DNA of 64,000 nucleotides from Dendrobates tinctorius (Eukaryota): the NCBI RefSeq assembly GCF_039654945.1, contig NW_027361676.1, forward strand, positions 76,136,001-76,200,000, read 5' to 3'. Shown piece after piece: positions 49,840 to 63,747 of the stretch. The position numbers were made by a program, and so were the translations under genes. The number at the start of each line of letters is the position of its first letter. Positions within the stretch are counted from its first letter, which is position 1. The notes beneath the pieces were generated by a model that saw only the letters and a list, made by a program, of their open reading frames with translations, was not told where the DNA came from and searched no databases.

Positions 49840-52426
49840 TAAGTATGGGATACCGTCCAGCATCCACTTAAAGGGGAATCTATTCTCGAAAGATCTGTGT
49901 AGTGCATCTGGGACTGCAACTGGATAGATCAAGGATTTCATAGGGTTTAGTTTGTAATATGATATTTTACCAAATTCCTCCAGCACGGACATGACAGCTG
50001 AGAACGATGGCCCAATATTCACACATGAGATTATGACGTGGTCCGCATAAAGTCCCACTTTATGTGTTACTGGGCCCACTGTGATCCCAGAGATATTGTA
50101 ATCTGATCTTATGCGCTCAGGTAACGGTTTCATACATAGTTCAAATATGAAAGGGGGCAGCCTTGTCGTGTTCCGTTTGTTATTCGGAAGATTCCAGACA
50201 TGAAACCCAATGACAGTACCCTAGCACAGGGAGTCGAATACATAGAACTAATTGCTGAGAAAATGGGACCCACAAAGCCAAATTTAGTCAAGACAACCCG
50301 AAAATATCCCCAGTGCACCCTGTCAAACGCTTTTTCAGCATCCAGTGACAGGAATGCAGTGGGGACACCAGAAAGCTCCGCCACCCTTATCAAATCCAGC
50401 ATTCTCCTTGTACCATCTTTTGCTTCACATACAGCCACGAACCCTACTAGGTCCGGAGAGATCAGTGATGGAATAATCAATTTCAAATGTGACGCTAGAA
50501 TCTTTGTGAATAGCTTGACATCACAGTTCAAAAATGCTGTAGGTCTAAAATTGCCTGGGACCGTGGGGGACTTCCCCGGTTTAGGAAGGGTAGTGATCGT
50601 AGCCTCCAACCCGGGTGTAGACACTTTGCCCGTTTCTCTCCATGCTGTAAATAGACGTAATAGAAAGGGAATCAAATCTTGTTGAAAACATCGGTAATAG
50701 ACATTTGAGAATCCATCCGGACCAGGGGCCCAATATCGTTTAGTATAGTTTATAGAGAATTGAACTTCTTCCTCAGTGAAAGGGGCATTCAAAAGCGTTA
50801 ATTGGTCTGGGGAAATATGGGGTAAATTAATTGATTGGAGATATTTGTCTATCTCTTGTTGATCAGGTTGCGGAGTAGATGTACTTTTAAATTATAAAGA
50901 TGGGTATAGTATTTGGAAAATACTTCTACGATTTCATTCGGAGTTCTAACAAACCGTCCCTCAGAATCCACTAAATATTCGACTCTAGATTTCACTTCCC
51001 TATGACGAACTCTACGAGCTAGCAGGGCACCCGCCCTATCACCTGTGGCATATAATTTAGTTCTAAATTTCTTTAGATTATGGGCATATATAGACAGGAA
51101 AGTTTCACGTACTTTAAATCTAATCTGGAAAATTTATTTTGAAACAGCAAGAGAAGGATTAGACTTATTTGTGGACTCTAAATTGTATAAACCGGATATA
51201 AGGTCATTTCTGCTTTTTTCCCTTTTACTTTTTAAAAAGGACGCCTGTTGTAGTAAAATTCCTCTAACACTGCTTTATGAGCGGCCCATAGAGTCTCATC
51301 AGTGATCACTTTGGAATCATTTATCTGGAAATATTGCTTCAGCTCAGATTTAACCTTTGCAACTACCCCATCATTCAGTAATAACAACTCATTTAACCAC
51401 CACCTGAAGGCAGAGCTAGCCTGATGAGAGAGTGCTAGTTGTAAAGAAATAGGCGCATGGTCAGACCATGTGATTAGGCCTATGCCTGCAGATATATACC
51501 TCCGGAGGACAGCACTGTCTCTCAAGAAATGATCTATCCTGCTATATGTACGATGTCGGAAGGAATAGAATGTATAGTCCCTTTCCCTCGCATGGGAGTA
51601 TCTCCAGAAATCGTGATAGTGATATTCATGTGCTAGCAATCTTAGCTCCCTCCGATTTCGCCTTTTTCCTTGTGAACAATCCAGAATTCTATCCATAGGG
51701 AGATTAAAATCCCCACATACTATTTTCCTCCCTTGTTACAATTTGGAGACTTTTTTTAAATCTTTTTTTTTACTTTTGGCATGCTTCAATAGCCTCCATG
51801 AGAGACTAAAAGCTGCCACAACCCAATTGGCTCTGCTCCATAGAGGCGATGATCAAATTTGCCTCTATATAGCAGAATTACTCACTTGCTACGAGCTGGG
51901 TGTCCGGTGCTCACAGCAAGCCAGCACTGACAACCATAGGGATCTCCAGGAGACCTCTGGTTGCCATGCCAACGAACCAGTGACCAGTGATCATGTTACG
52001 GGGGTCACCAGTGGGCAGATTTTCGGCCCAATGGCTGGAAGCGCGAGTTAAATGCGTTTGACAGCAACATTTAACAGGCTTATAGCAGCAGATGGATTCC
52101 ACCCACAGCTATTACGGGCACATGTCAGCAGTTCAAAACAGCTGACATGTCCCGGGAGAGAAGTGGGCTCACCGCCGGAGCCCACATCAAACGGAGTCAG
52201 ACAGCGGAGTAAATTTACGCCCAATGTCAGAAAGGGGTTAACAATGTTGCAACATTTAACTTTTACAGGCTCTTTTCACATTGCTGGCTGAGCTAATCAA
52301 AAAATTTACAGCTCATTCTGAAGAGTTCAATTTCATATGTCCATTATTTATGGTTAGTGCCCAAATCACAATATCTGGATTGATTATCACAACTCCTGAC
52401 CTGAACTAAAGTTGAGCAGAACTTAA

Positions 52427-53797
52427 ACGAATCTGTCACTAGTTTTTTATTCCTCCTAATTAATCTAAGGGCGGTATAATTTTGAGACAGAGTGTCTGAT
52501 TCAAGTGGTGTGTCTTTTAATAGGCTGCTTGTTGTAATTTTGATAAAATCAAAGGTTTCATCAGCAGGAGATTATCACTAGAGGACTGGTAAACTTGCTG
52601 CAAGCTACTCCTCAATATTCATAAGCTCTATGTAACCCTGCTGCAACTGATTGGCAACTTGCTGCCTATGGACAGTGCACACAGAAAACTGCCAATCTGT
52701 GATTTGGGTGGGTTATACAGGGCTCAGCATTCAAAGAACTGTTAGATCTGCAGTAGATAAAACAATACAGCAGCAAGCAGCCTTGTTGTTAGGTGTCAAG
52801 TTTCTCCCACTGCACAGAGAGAGTCTCAAGCCATGTCCTCTGTAGTCTCCCATTCCTTTACAGCCACAGAGGTTCCTGCTCAGCAGAGACGTCAGTCCCA
52901 GTGTCTTACCCAGGTTAATGCTCGGCGTCTGGTTGCTACTCCAGGCTCAGTTATTGTATGCATGAGTCAGCGGCGAGCAGACGCTCCTGGGATTAAGTCC
53001 TGCTTTTCTCCTACTGAGCAAGCCTGTGGGATGACCTCTCATTGGAGGTCGAAGGTCACATGCTCAGGTCCTATTGCAGCTCGGATTGGACCATCAGGTA
53101 GGTCCCGGAAGGCTGCGTCTATAAAAGGATCGCACTGCAGTGCGCTAATATACAAAAAGATTAGACCATGTGGAGTTAGTGTTGCATGCATGTATGAATG
53201 TCTCTGGTGAATGACTCATTATGAAACCCCTACCCTTGGTACGCATGTGTTGTGTAGTCTAACCTGCTAGGGCCCAGGCTGAGGTCCAGGTAGAGGCCGA
53301 GTCAGAGACTGCCATCAGCATTCACCGGTGGCTTTGTCTGTACGCCACGGTGCACATAGTCTGCACTCCATTGTGGTCAGTGTTCATTAGAGGCGTCCGC
53401 AGGTGCGACGCCGCACGCTCAGTTGGTCTAGAGGGACTCAGACCTCGTGTCTTTGGGGCTGAGTTCTGTGACCATTTACTGAGCGCTCTCTTGCCGAGTG
53501 CTGTGTGTTTTAACTGTCTCTGTGATGTAACTGAGTCTGCTTCTGCTCACACCGGGTGACGTGAACCCATGTGTGACCTATTGTATACCGCTATATACAT
53601 CCGCCATTGCTAAGCAGCAGTTTACCACCTCTGCACGGTGGACCCCGGGCTGCAAACGCACCTTACTATTATTTTATTATTCGGTGCATTCCGCCAGCCC
53701 TAACACTTGTAAGTTATGCACAGCTGGAATCAGAGTATCTACCCCTTCATCTTGCTGATTTCAGATGATGTAGCAAAAACCTGGTGCCAGGTTCCCT
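52427..53797. mobile_element. T2/Kolobok-type MITE split by a solo LTR
   Basis: TTAA-ACGAATCTGTCA ... TGCCAGGTTCCCT-TTAA. Confidence 0.7.
52787..53705 (+). mobile_element. Solo LTR
   Basis: TGTTAGG...CCTAACA, TSD CTTGT (52782-52786, 53706-53710), TATAAAA at ~53120. Confidence 0.9.
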
Positions 53798-54031
53798 TTA
53801 AATGTGGTCAGAAGTCAGTTGAGGGGAGGTCATAAAAAGATTTATAAAAAGTTTAAACTCCAAAAGTTACAAACTCCTTGTCATAACCAATTCACTGATG
53901 GACTATCAATTAAAAATTTCTGCAGCCAGCCATTTGCAAGGAGTCAAAAATCCTGTAAAAGTCAGACAGTGCAACATTTTTAAAGAAACCCAATTGAAAA
54001 ATTATTTTTAAGCCAAAATAAATGCATTTAA

Positions 54032-54447
54032 AGGAGTTATCCAGGACTAAATTATTATTTTTTTTACTATGACCTAAAAATTATCAGGCAGGTAGCTCAG
54101 AGCAATCACTGACCACTCCTGCCAGCGATTCAGCTGCTCCACATAATCAGAGCAGCTCTTCTTTCAGGCTGCTCTGCCAATGGGGCATGACTGCAGACGC
54201 TATGGTAATGAGAGCCAGCTTCCAGCAGTTTTGCACGGTGGAGCCAGCTGTCAACCAGCATGACATCAGCAGTCACGCACCGTCAACAGAGCAGAAGAGA
54301 AGCCGCAGAATTGCCACCAGGAGAGGTTAGTGAATGTTCTCTGCTGGCAGAGACTGGCGGGGACAGAACAAGCAGGTAGTTACCCACAACCTGCCTGTTA
54401 GGTATTAGACCCGTAGTAAAAATATTATATAGTCCTAAATAACCCCT
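54032..54447. mobile_element. T2/Kolobok-type MITE
   Basis: TTAA-AGGAGTTATCCAGGACTA ... TAGTCCTAAATAACCCCT-TTAA. Confidence 0.85.
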
Positions 54448-54811
54448 TTAAGTATAAAATAAAGTCCCCAAAGGTGTTTATATCCTTTAGTTCCTCACTA
54501 TTTAATTTACAGAAATGCTACATGTTTACTCGATGGATTCAAATCATTGAAGTGTAAAAAGTGAAATCCTCATCCTAATTACTGCATCAAAATTATCAAT
54601 GAAGTCTGGATTTTAATACTAATTTTCTGATAAGATTTTCTGGATGATTCTACCACATAATCTTTACTTGATATATGAATTTAGCACAGCTTTAGTCATT
54701 AATCAGCAAAATTGTAGCAGTCTGAAATCCATCACTTGCCTCGGAGGCTTGAATTGTTGCTCACATTGTAGTTCTAATTTTTCTCAGTGTAAACTGTGTA
54801 TAAGCCACGTT

Positions 54812-55378
54812 CAGCGCACTCACCAGGATAACATTAAATGTATTACTTTTGTGCACACTCACCAGGACATTATATGGATAATTATAGTGTCCACTCACCA
54901 GGACATCATTATATCAATTATTATTGTGTGCACTCAATAGGACATCATTAAGTCATTTATTATTGTGCACACTCACCAGGACATCATTATATGGATTATT
55001 ATTGTGCGCACTGACTATGACATCATTACATTGATTACTATTGTGTGCACTCACCAGGACATCATTATATGGCCGGGGTCAGACATGTAAGTGTGATGAG
55101 AAAAACTTGCACGAGTCTCTGGCATCAATACCTGGCACTGCCTCTGGCACTCGGACCGGAGTGTGCGGCTGCATAGAAAGACATGCCGCCGCACACTCTG
55201 GTCCCAAGTGCTGGCGGCAGTGCCAGGTATTGATGTGAGAGACTCGTGTGAGTTTCTCGCATCACACTTGCAAGTCTGACCCCGGCCTATGGATTATTAT
55301 TGTGCGCACTCCCCAGGACATCATTATATGGATTATTATTGTGCGCACTCACCAGGACACCAATATATCGATTATTAG
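54812..55378. repeat. ~39-bp minisatellite (ATTATTGTGCGCACTCACCAGGACATCATTATATGGATT)
   Basis: About 9 units, interrupted by a MITE. Confidence 0.85.
55071..55287. mobile_element. Palindromic Harbinger-type MITE
   Basis: GGCCGGGGTCAGAC TIRs, 3-bp TSD TAT. Confidence 0.85.
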
Positions 55379-55457
55379 AGTTCATTAGTGTAGTGATGAA
55401 ATGTTGGCAAACTACTGTATATGTAGACAAAATACAGGTGAGAAAAAGAATAGTATA

Positions 55458-56718
55458 CCGTATTTTTTCGCTTTACAAGACACACCTGATTATAAGATGC
55501 ACTCCCAAATTTGGTGAAGAAAAAGGGAATTTTTTTATGTTAAATGGAGGTGTGTCTTATAATGCCAGTGCCCGTCTTTCAAATCATATATATGTCCCTC
55601 ATCCTGGTATCTATATAACCCCCATACTGGTACATTGCCCCCTTGTGCTGGCAAATAGCCCCCCATCCCATCCAGGATATGGCCCCCCCAGTCACTATAT
55701 GCCCCCCTGAGGGCACTCACATGCCCCCCTCTCTATATGCCCCCCTGAGGGCACTCACATGCCCCCCTCTCTATATGCCCCCCTGCTGGCACACACATGG
55801 CCCCCCTCTCTATATGCCCCCCTGCTGGCACACACATGGCCCCCCCTCTCTCAATATGCCCCCGTGCTGACATGCAAATGGCCCCCCCATCCCTATATTC
55901 CCCCCCTGCTGGCATTCACAAGGCCCCCTCGTCCCTATATTCCCCCCCTACAGGCATGCACACGGGCCCCCATCCCTATATTCCCCCCTGCTGGCATGCA
56001 CACGGGCCCCCCGTCCCTATAATCCCCTTGCTGACATTCACACGGGGACCCCCGTCCCTATATTCCCCCTGCTGGCATTCACACGGCCCCCCTGTCCCTA
56101 TATTCCCCCCTGCTGGCAAGCACATGATAAAATAACAAACACTTAACTCACCTTCCAATGATGGCCCCTGCTTCCAGCATCTCTGTGGCTCTTCCTGTGT
56201 CTGTGCTGACATCCTCCTGGGAGTCACGTGCACACTGGGAGTCATGTGACCGCAGGTCCTTTTGGTCACGTGACGGAAGGTCCTGAAGCTGCAATGAACT
56301 GCCCCAATGAGCAGCTGCTGCTGCGCACCTTCGCAGGAGGAGGATGTCAGCACAGGAAGAGCCACGGGGATGCTTGAAGCAGGAGCCATCAAGGTGAATA
56401 TAGTGATGGGGTGGGGGGGAGAGTGAAGGCTCATGTAATATGCACCGCTCCCCTGTCTACCAACTTGGCGCAGCTTCAGCACCAAGGTGATGGACAGCGG
56501 GTGCAGTGAATATTACATGAACCTAATGAGCGGGAGCACGTGACCACCCGCTGTCTCTGCAGCACACAGCCAGCCCACCCCAGACCCCTGACACCACACC
56601 AGAGCACCCCCCCTACTCTGTAGCACAGCAGCACACAGATTCGGATTATAAGACGCACCCCCCACTTTCCCCAAAAATTTAGGGGAACAAAAGTGCATCT
56701 TATAGTCCGAAAAATACG
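55458..56718. mobile_element. Tc1/mariner-pogo-type non-autonomous element with C-rich ~38-bp tandem repeat (55700-56125)
   Basis: TA-CCGTATTTTTTCG ... CGAAAAATACG-TA. Confidence 0.8.
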
Positions 56719-57470
56719 TACATGTCTCAATATGGAGGTGTGCAGCAGAGGTGTAGACTCCTGGCACAGCGCTAGATTGTTCTACACCAACTACTTTGAC
56801 ATTCTTCATTGGGTCTATTAGTATTCTATGCGGTTAATAGTCTAGCAGAGGTGTGCACTGGGCACGGATAATATATAAACGTGGATGCCTAGTCATTCAG
56901 GAAATGAACTTTATTCAATGGTGATTTAGCAAAACAACAACTTTGATTCTTTCACTATTTTTCCCTGTAAAGTGATGACTCGGCCACTGGCTGTGACGTC
57001 CATTGCGCAGAGAAACTCTTGGAAGAACCACAGTATTTTTCTAATTCATCATTCTTTAGTCTCAGGATTGGTGAATCTTAGAAATATGTCAAAAACCTTG
57101 AAAACCGGGAATCACTATTAAATCAACAGTTTAGTTATGATGCACCCCTTGCACCCCATGTACTGCTCTATTGCCTCCAATCACATAAATCTTTTTTTTT
57201 TTCCATCCTGAGATACTGTAGAATGAATTGTCCTCTTGTATAAAGTTTTCTAGTCTGTCATTTTAGAGCTACCTCTGTCTTGAATTTCTAAAGGTGACAA
57301 CCGCTAATAGCAGTCATTAAAGTTTTTCAGCCATTTTTCTAAAGTGACTGAATACGTAAAAATATGAATTATCTTGGTAAATTACAGGTCCCCAGACTCT
57401 TCTTTTCTACTGCATTTTATGTTACTGCATTTTGAGAAATGTTAAGTTCTGGTGTTAAATTCACAATTAA

Positions 57471-57685
57471 AGAAGCCCTCCTCCTCCTGACATCAAAGAT
57501 TTTATCCTCTTAATGTATTGCAGTCATCATATTATATAGCACTGTGTAATTACAATTGCTTATTTCGCCTTTCTACACAGCTAATTCTTCTGTTTTCCAT
57601 TATGTCTATGATATCACGTGGCTAAAAATTCACTCCTTTTAAGACCTGTATAGAAAACAGGAAGTCTCTTTTTCCTGCATGAAAC
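57471..57685. mobile_element. T2/Kolobok MITE left-end fragment abutting the truncated hAT
   Basis: TTAA-AGAAGCCCTCC. No right end seen. Confidence 0.45.
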
Positions 57686-60291
57686 CACCTCCTTCCGCAG
57701 GCTATTCAAATGCTGCTCCAGCATATAGATGACCAGAATGGTGATGCTGATGATGGCATCGTCAGTGCTAACCATCTTAGTAGCCATTTCGAACCTGTGC
57801 AGAAGGGTGCCAAGGTCTTTAATCTGTGCCCACTCTGTAAACCTAATACGTGCCACGTCCGTACTGTGTCGGCCCAGGCTATACGACATGGCATGCTGCA
57901 TCAGGGCTAGCTGCTGCTGCCACAGTCGCTGCAACATGTGCAGAGTGGAATTGCACCGTGTCGGCACATCGCATATCAACCTGTTTACTGGCATGGACAA
58001 AGACCTCTATATCAATGCAAGTCAATGAGCAGAGGGGTGCGAACGGCGGAAATGAGCACACAGTTTACGTGCTTTCTAAAGCAGGTCACCCAGGCCAGGA
58101 TAGTGGCTGAGAAAACGCTGTACCACCAGGTTGAGGACGTAAGCCATGCAAGGCACATGTGTGAGCTTGCCTCGCCATAGGGCCGCCACCAGCTTCGGAC
58201 CGTTATCAGCCTTCCCTGGATGCAGGTTCAGCGGAGACAGCCATTGATCAAACTCAGCCTGGAGAGCTGTTCACAACTCTTCAGCTGCATGACTGTGATC
58301 TCCAAGGCATATCAATTTTAAGACTGCCTGATTGCGCTGAGCCCTGGCTGCGCAGTACGGAGGTGGTGGGGGTTCGCCCTGCACTGTTGGAACACGTGTC
58401 TCATTAAGGCAGAGGTTGACAGCGCTGGTGAAAGCCCAAGAGGAGATAGATGAAGCAGTGGAGGAAGTGTTAAATGTAGAGGTTTGTCCTACAAGCCTTG
58501 GGGATTCCAAGACTTGTGGAGCAGCATCTGTCCCCACAGCCATCAGAGTCACCCAGTGCCCACTCAGTCAGATGTAACGCCCTTGGCCTTGTTTACTTGT
58601 CCAAGTGTCTGAGGTGAAATGCACCCTGGAAGACAGAGATTTTGTCAAGGAAAGGGTGATGTTGTCTGTGACATGCTGGTGTAGCGCAGGAACAGCTTTC
58701 TTAGTAAAGTAATGGTGACTGGGTAATTGGTACTGGGGACTGCGATGGCTATCAGCTTTCAGAAACTATCTGTATCTACCACACAGAAAGGCAACATTTC
58801 CATGGCCAACAAATTGGAGATGATGGAGCTAAACCTCTTTGCATTGTCATGAGTTGGAGGAAACAATATTTTACCTGAGCACAACTGCGGAACTGTGGGC
58901 TGGCTGCAGTGCTGTGAGGGGGCAGAGTACAGAGAACTGGACAAACTGCTGGACTGTGAGAGAGGTGCAGGCAGAGATGTTACTGTGGATTGAGAAACTT
59001 GTGGTGTGCTAAATCTCTGAGATCAGCTAAAAACAGCCTTTTAGTCAGCGTGACTGGAGTGAGTAAAGAACCAGAGGTTCTGTGGTCAAAGACCTGCGTC
59101 TCAATAGTTGGCATGGTAACAGAGGAGGAGGAAGCAGCAGATGCGATTGATGGGGTGGCTGATGGTTGTAGAAGTCCGCTGGTCTGCATTTTTGCGCAGT
59201 GGGATTCCCATAGTAAAGTATGTTGATTGCGCATGCGAAGGTTCATACATATAGTAGTCAAATTATTGCACTTTTTACCCCGACTCAGTTTTTTTTTGCA
59301 AAGTTGGCAGATTGAATTGGCTCATCCTTTGCAGTGTCAAAAAAGGCCCAGGGTAGGCAACCCTTGCCATGGTCTGCAAGCTGCAGACCCATGGACACTG
59401 CTGGTCAGAAGCACAGTTGTGGCTGAGGATGCATCGCTCATTGTGGCAGCTTCACTACATGTCTGTGACGTAGGGCGCAACATAACCTCCTCGTCTTCCT
59501 CCTTAGATGACCTACTCAGCTGTGTGCCTCTATGTTCATGCCAACAGGGATCTAACACCTCATCATCATCCTCTGTGTTATCACATTCCTCCCCATTGGA
59601 GTCACCCTGCTCCTCCTCTTGCCCTGACAGCCTCAGATATCTGAGTCTCATCAGGATCACCTCCCCGACCAGGGGTTAACGTCTGATGATGAGTCAGGAT
59701 GCTGTTCGGACCATACTTCTTCCTGCCCCGGATCCAAGCTAAAAACATTGGGGGCATCGGTGCAAATTTCCTCCTCTTGACTCTGCAAAGCTTTTGAGTA
59801 CATTTCTGATGAGCATGGCATACAATGTGTGAAGAGCTCTTCAGACTAACCCATCTGTGGTTTCATACAGTCAGTTGAACAGTTGGACAGTTGGGACATG
59901 GGGGAAGCAAGGGGAATTTTTGTGCCACATCTGTGGACTATACTGGATGTGATGTTGAGGTGGAGGAAGAGTAAGAGGAGGAAAGGCCACTTGAAGCTGC
60001 ACTTGTCATCCACTTGAGTACATGCCCTTTCTAGGCAACATTGATAAGGTGTACCGCTGTGCGTCTGCCAAAGAAAGGTAGTGGTGTAGCCTGTCCAGTA
60101 ACATAAGTTGTCAGTTGTCTTTGCATAGGACGTGACGTTGCTTCACTAGTGCTTTCACAAACATTACCACCTACCCCATGTACACCTTGAAAACCAAGAC
60201 TAATTCCCTTTCCACCATGGCCTCAGTTTTCCCAGTCGTGTTGCTCAGATAGTGTGGCAGGATCACAGTATTAGCAACAAAAAATTAGATT
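57686..60291 (-). pseudogene. Decayed hAT/Ac (ZBED-like) transposase. Element probably continues at 62763-64000 as subterminal repeats.
   Basis: BED finger remnant (~59230-59350), VHFTSDTWTS (~58600), HVPCMAYVLNLVV (~58130), CDVPTRCNSTLHML (RWNS motif). Many frameshifts. Confidence 0.85.
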
Positions 60292-60295
60292 TTAA

Positions 60296-62758
60296 CCCCT
60301 TAGCGACAGAGCCAGTTTGCAGCTTAATGACCAGGCCAATTTTTACAATTCTGACCACTGTCCCTTTATGAGGTTATAACTCTGGAACGCTTTAATGGAT
60401 CCCGCTGATTGTAAGAATGTTTTTTCGTGACATATTGTACTTCATATTAGTGGTAAAATTTATTCGATAAGTCTTGTGTTTATTTATGAAAAAAATGGAA
60501 ATATGGCGAAAACTTTGAAAATTTTGCAATTTTAAAACTTTAAATTTTTATGCCCTCAAATCAGAGAGATGTGTCACACAAATTTCTTAATAAATAACAT
60601 TTCCCACATGTCTACTTTACATCAGCACAATTTTGGAAGCAAAATTTTTTTTTGTTAGGAAGTTATAAGGGTTAAAAGTTGACCAGCGATTTCTCATTTT
60701 TACAACAAAATTTACAAAACCATTTTTTTTAGGGACCACATCATATTTAAAGTCATTTTGAGGGGTGTACATGACAGAAAATACCCAAAAGTGGCACCAT
60801 TCTAAACACTAGACCCCTCAAGGTGCTCCAAACCACATTCAAGAAGTTTATTAACCCTTTAAGTGCTTCACAGGAACTAAAGCAATGTGGAAGGAAAAAA
60901 TTAATATTTAACTTTTTTTTTGCAAAAAATTTACTTCAGAACCAATTTTTTTTATTTTCACAAGTGTTAAAAGAGAAACTCAACCATAAAATTTGTTGTA
61001 CAATTTCTCCTGAATACGCCGATACCCTATATGTGGGGGTAAACCACTATTTCAGCACACGGCAGAGCTCGCAAGGGATGGAGCGCCGTTTGACTTTTTC
61101 AACGCAGAATTGGCTGGAATTGAGATCGGATGCCATGTTGTGTTCGGAGAGCCCTTAATGTGCCTAAACAGTGGAAACCTCCAACAAGTGACCCCATTTT
61201 GGAAACTAGACCCATTAAGGAACTTATCTAGATGTGTGGTGAGCACTTTGAACCCCCAAGGGCTTCACAGAAGTTTATAACGTAGAGCCGGGAAAATAAG
61301 AAATCTATTTTTTTCCACAAAGATGATCTTTTCGCCCCCAAATTTTTATTTTTTTCAAGGGTAACAGGAGAAATCATACCCGCACAGTTGTTATGCGATT
61401 TGTCCTGAGTACGCCGATACCCCATATGTGGGGGGGAACCACTGTTTGGGCGCATGGGAGAGCTTGGAAGGGAAGGAGTGCCATTTTGGAATGCAGACTT
61501 TGATGGAATGGTCTGCGGACATCATGTTGCGCTTGCAGAGCCCCTGATGGGCCTAAACAGTGGAAACCCCCCACAAGTGACCCCATTTTGGAAATTAGAC
61601 CCCTAATGAACTTATCTAGATGTGTGGTGAGCACTTTGAACCCCCAAGCGCTTCACAAAAGTTTATAAACGCAGAGCCGTGAAAATAAAAAGTATTTTTT
61701 TGTTTCCACAAAAGTGATTTTTTAGACCCCAATTTTTAGACCCCCAAAGTTGGCAAATAGTGGAAACCCCTCAATTCTTGCTCCAACCTTAACCCCAACA
61801 CACCCCTAACCCTAATCCCAACCCTAACCCTAATCCCAACCCTAATCCCTAATCCTAATTCTAACCCTAATTCTAGTTCGCCCTAACCCTAATTCTAACC
61901 CTAGTCGTGACCCGAGCCCTAACCCTAGCCCTAGCACAACCCTAACCCTAACCCTAGCCTAACCCTAGCCCTAACCCTAACCCTAGCCCAACCCTAGCCC
62001 AACCCTAACCCTAGCCCAACCCTAACCCTAGCCCAACCCTAACCCTAACCCTAACCCTACCCTAACCCTAACCCTAGCCCAACCCTAACCCTAGCCCAAC
62101 CCTAACCCTAGCCCAACCCTAACCCTAACCCTAACCCTAGCCCTAACCCTACCCTAACCCTAACCCTAATGGAAAACTGAAAAAAAAAATATTTTCTTTA
62201 TTTCATTATATTGGCCTATATAAGAGTGATAAACGGGGGGGTTATGTAATATTTTTTTTATTTTGATCACTATGATCGTTTATCATAGTGATCAAAATAA
62301 TGAATGGAATCTGCCAGCCGGAGCCAGCAGATTCCCGGCGGGCGCACTGCGCATGTGCCCGCCATTTTCAAGATGGCGGCGCCCATCGGAGGATGCCGGC
62401 GGGACGTGGGACCACCGGGAGGGGACGGAGGGCCACGGAGAGGTACCGGGGGGGGATCGGGGACCCTATTTCTCTCTCCTCTGATGTGCGATCACATCAG
62501 AGGAGAGAGAAATTAAATGTAAAATCGCAGCTTTTTTTTTTTTGCGGTCGCCGTTATAGGGTTAATAACGGCAATCGCAAAAACCGACCGATTCATGTTC
62601 TCTGGGGTCTCGGCTACCCCTGGCAGCCGAGACCCCGGAGAAAATCTGACACTGGGGGGCGCTATTCACTTAAATCACAGCGCCGTGAATTAACGGCGCT
62701 GTGGTTTTAGTACCCTTAATTACCGCCGTTAAAAGGCGTATCGGCGGTCGTTAAGGGG
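60296..62758 (+). mobile_element. Complete piggyBac-type non-autonomous element
   Basis: TTAA-CCCCTTAGCGAC ... GTCGTTAAGGGG-TTAA, ~395-bp internal units, telomere-like tract. Confidence 0.88.
61785..62170 (+). repeat. Telomere-like (CCCTAA/CCCTAG/CCCAA)n tract
   Basis: Direct reading. Confidence 0.92.
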
Positions 62759-63456
62759 TTAAACTTTGCACCACCTCTGCAGACAGCGGAATTTCAGTGA
62801 CAATAAATTCAAAGTTGAAATATGGCGTGCTGTATCGTGTTAGTCACAGAAAAAAGAATTGTTTGAGTGTAGATGAGGCCTGTATGACAAAGAAGTTATG
62901 ATACAAACAATTTTAAAGTCAGGTCCCTTACTGTATGCCGTTAATAACAGAAGAATTTTTTGAGGCCTCTACAGCTTAATTTCAACCCAACCAAATGACA
63001 AAGCGTGATACGGCAGGTTCTCTAACTACAGTATTTGTAACTGAAAAATTATAATTTTTTTTAATGTGCCTTAGGTCTGCAGACAGCTTCATATCACCGC
63101 TACACAATGACAATGTGAGGTACAATAGGCTGTTTCACATTTAGCAACAGAAAAAATATAACTTTTTTTTTAATGTGCCTTAGGTCTGCAGTTTTATTTC
63201 AACACAGCACTAAATGACAGGGTAGGGTACAGCAAACTGTGTAATATTTTTTCACTAGCTACATGTGAATTAGAATGCTATACTCATGCATGGGTCACAA
63301 TAGAAGCAGTGCACAACACGGGCCCCGCTGGACCTCAATATTGTCCAAAAAAGAAGAAAAAAATGCTGGAAGGTAAATTTAACAGCCACAATGGACAGTA
63401 GCTCGCTACACTATCTGTCTGATATACAACCACCTTTCTAACTAGATAAAATGTGG

Positions 63457-63747
63457 TAATGATTAAAAAAAAAAAAAAAAGCAGCACAAAATTACAATAG
63501 GGTGCAAAAGCCTTCCAGGCATGTACCAAACCTGTATAATAGATCCAAAAATGATGAAGGCAGCACACCAATAGATGAAATTTCACTTGCAGTTTATTGG
63601 CCCATGTGCAACGTTTCTGTCCCAAGTGTGGACCTTTCTTAAGACCTTTATCTGCTTGGGAACTTGGGACTGTAACATTGCACATGGTCCAATAAACTAC
63701 ACATGAAATTTCTTCTATTGGTGTGCTGCCTTCATCATTTTTTGGAT
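63457..63747 (-). mobile_element. Fold-back Penelope-like pseudo-LTR fragment with degenerate hammerhead-like motif
   Basis: TSD CTAG(A/C)TAAAATGTGG (63442-63456, 63748-63762). Arms ~63540-63627 and 63661-63750. Minus strand CTTAAGA-AAG-GTCC..GGAC-A-GAAACGTTG. ACCCTATTG motif shared with 38168-38590. Confidence 0.65.

Larger units (their letters stand above)
46333..51750 (-). mobile_element. 5'-truncated L1/Tx1-clade LINE, ORF2 pseudogene
   Basis: APE motifs VCGDFN, YSRIDHFL, SDHAPI. RT motifs APGPDGF, LDAEKAFDRV, GTRQGCPLS, YADH. C-terminal CWRRC..GTLEHMWWDC. AATAAA and poly(A) at 46333-46360. Confidence 0.95.
45593..52237 (+). mobile_element. piggyBac-type non-autonomous element split by an L1
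   Basis: TTAA-CCCCTTC (45589) ... GAAAGGGG-TTAA (52238-52241). Own sequence at 45593-46330 and 51751-52237. Confidence 0.8.

Noticed and set aside
56972-57035. Possible small exon DDSATGCDVHCAEKLLEEPQ or CRE/CEBP cluster
   Set aside because: Weak donor, imperfect motifs, no recognisable homolog.
61785-62170. True telomere or fusion site
   Set aside because: Tracts are degenerate, single-orientation and internal to a TTAA element.
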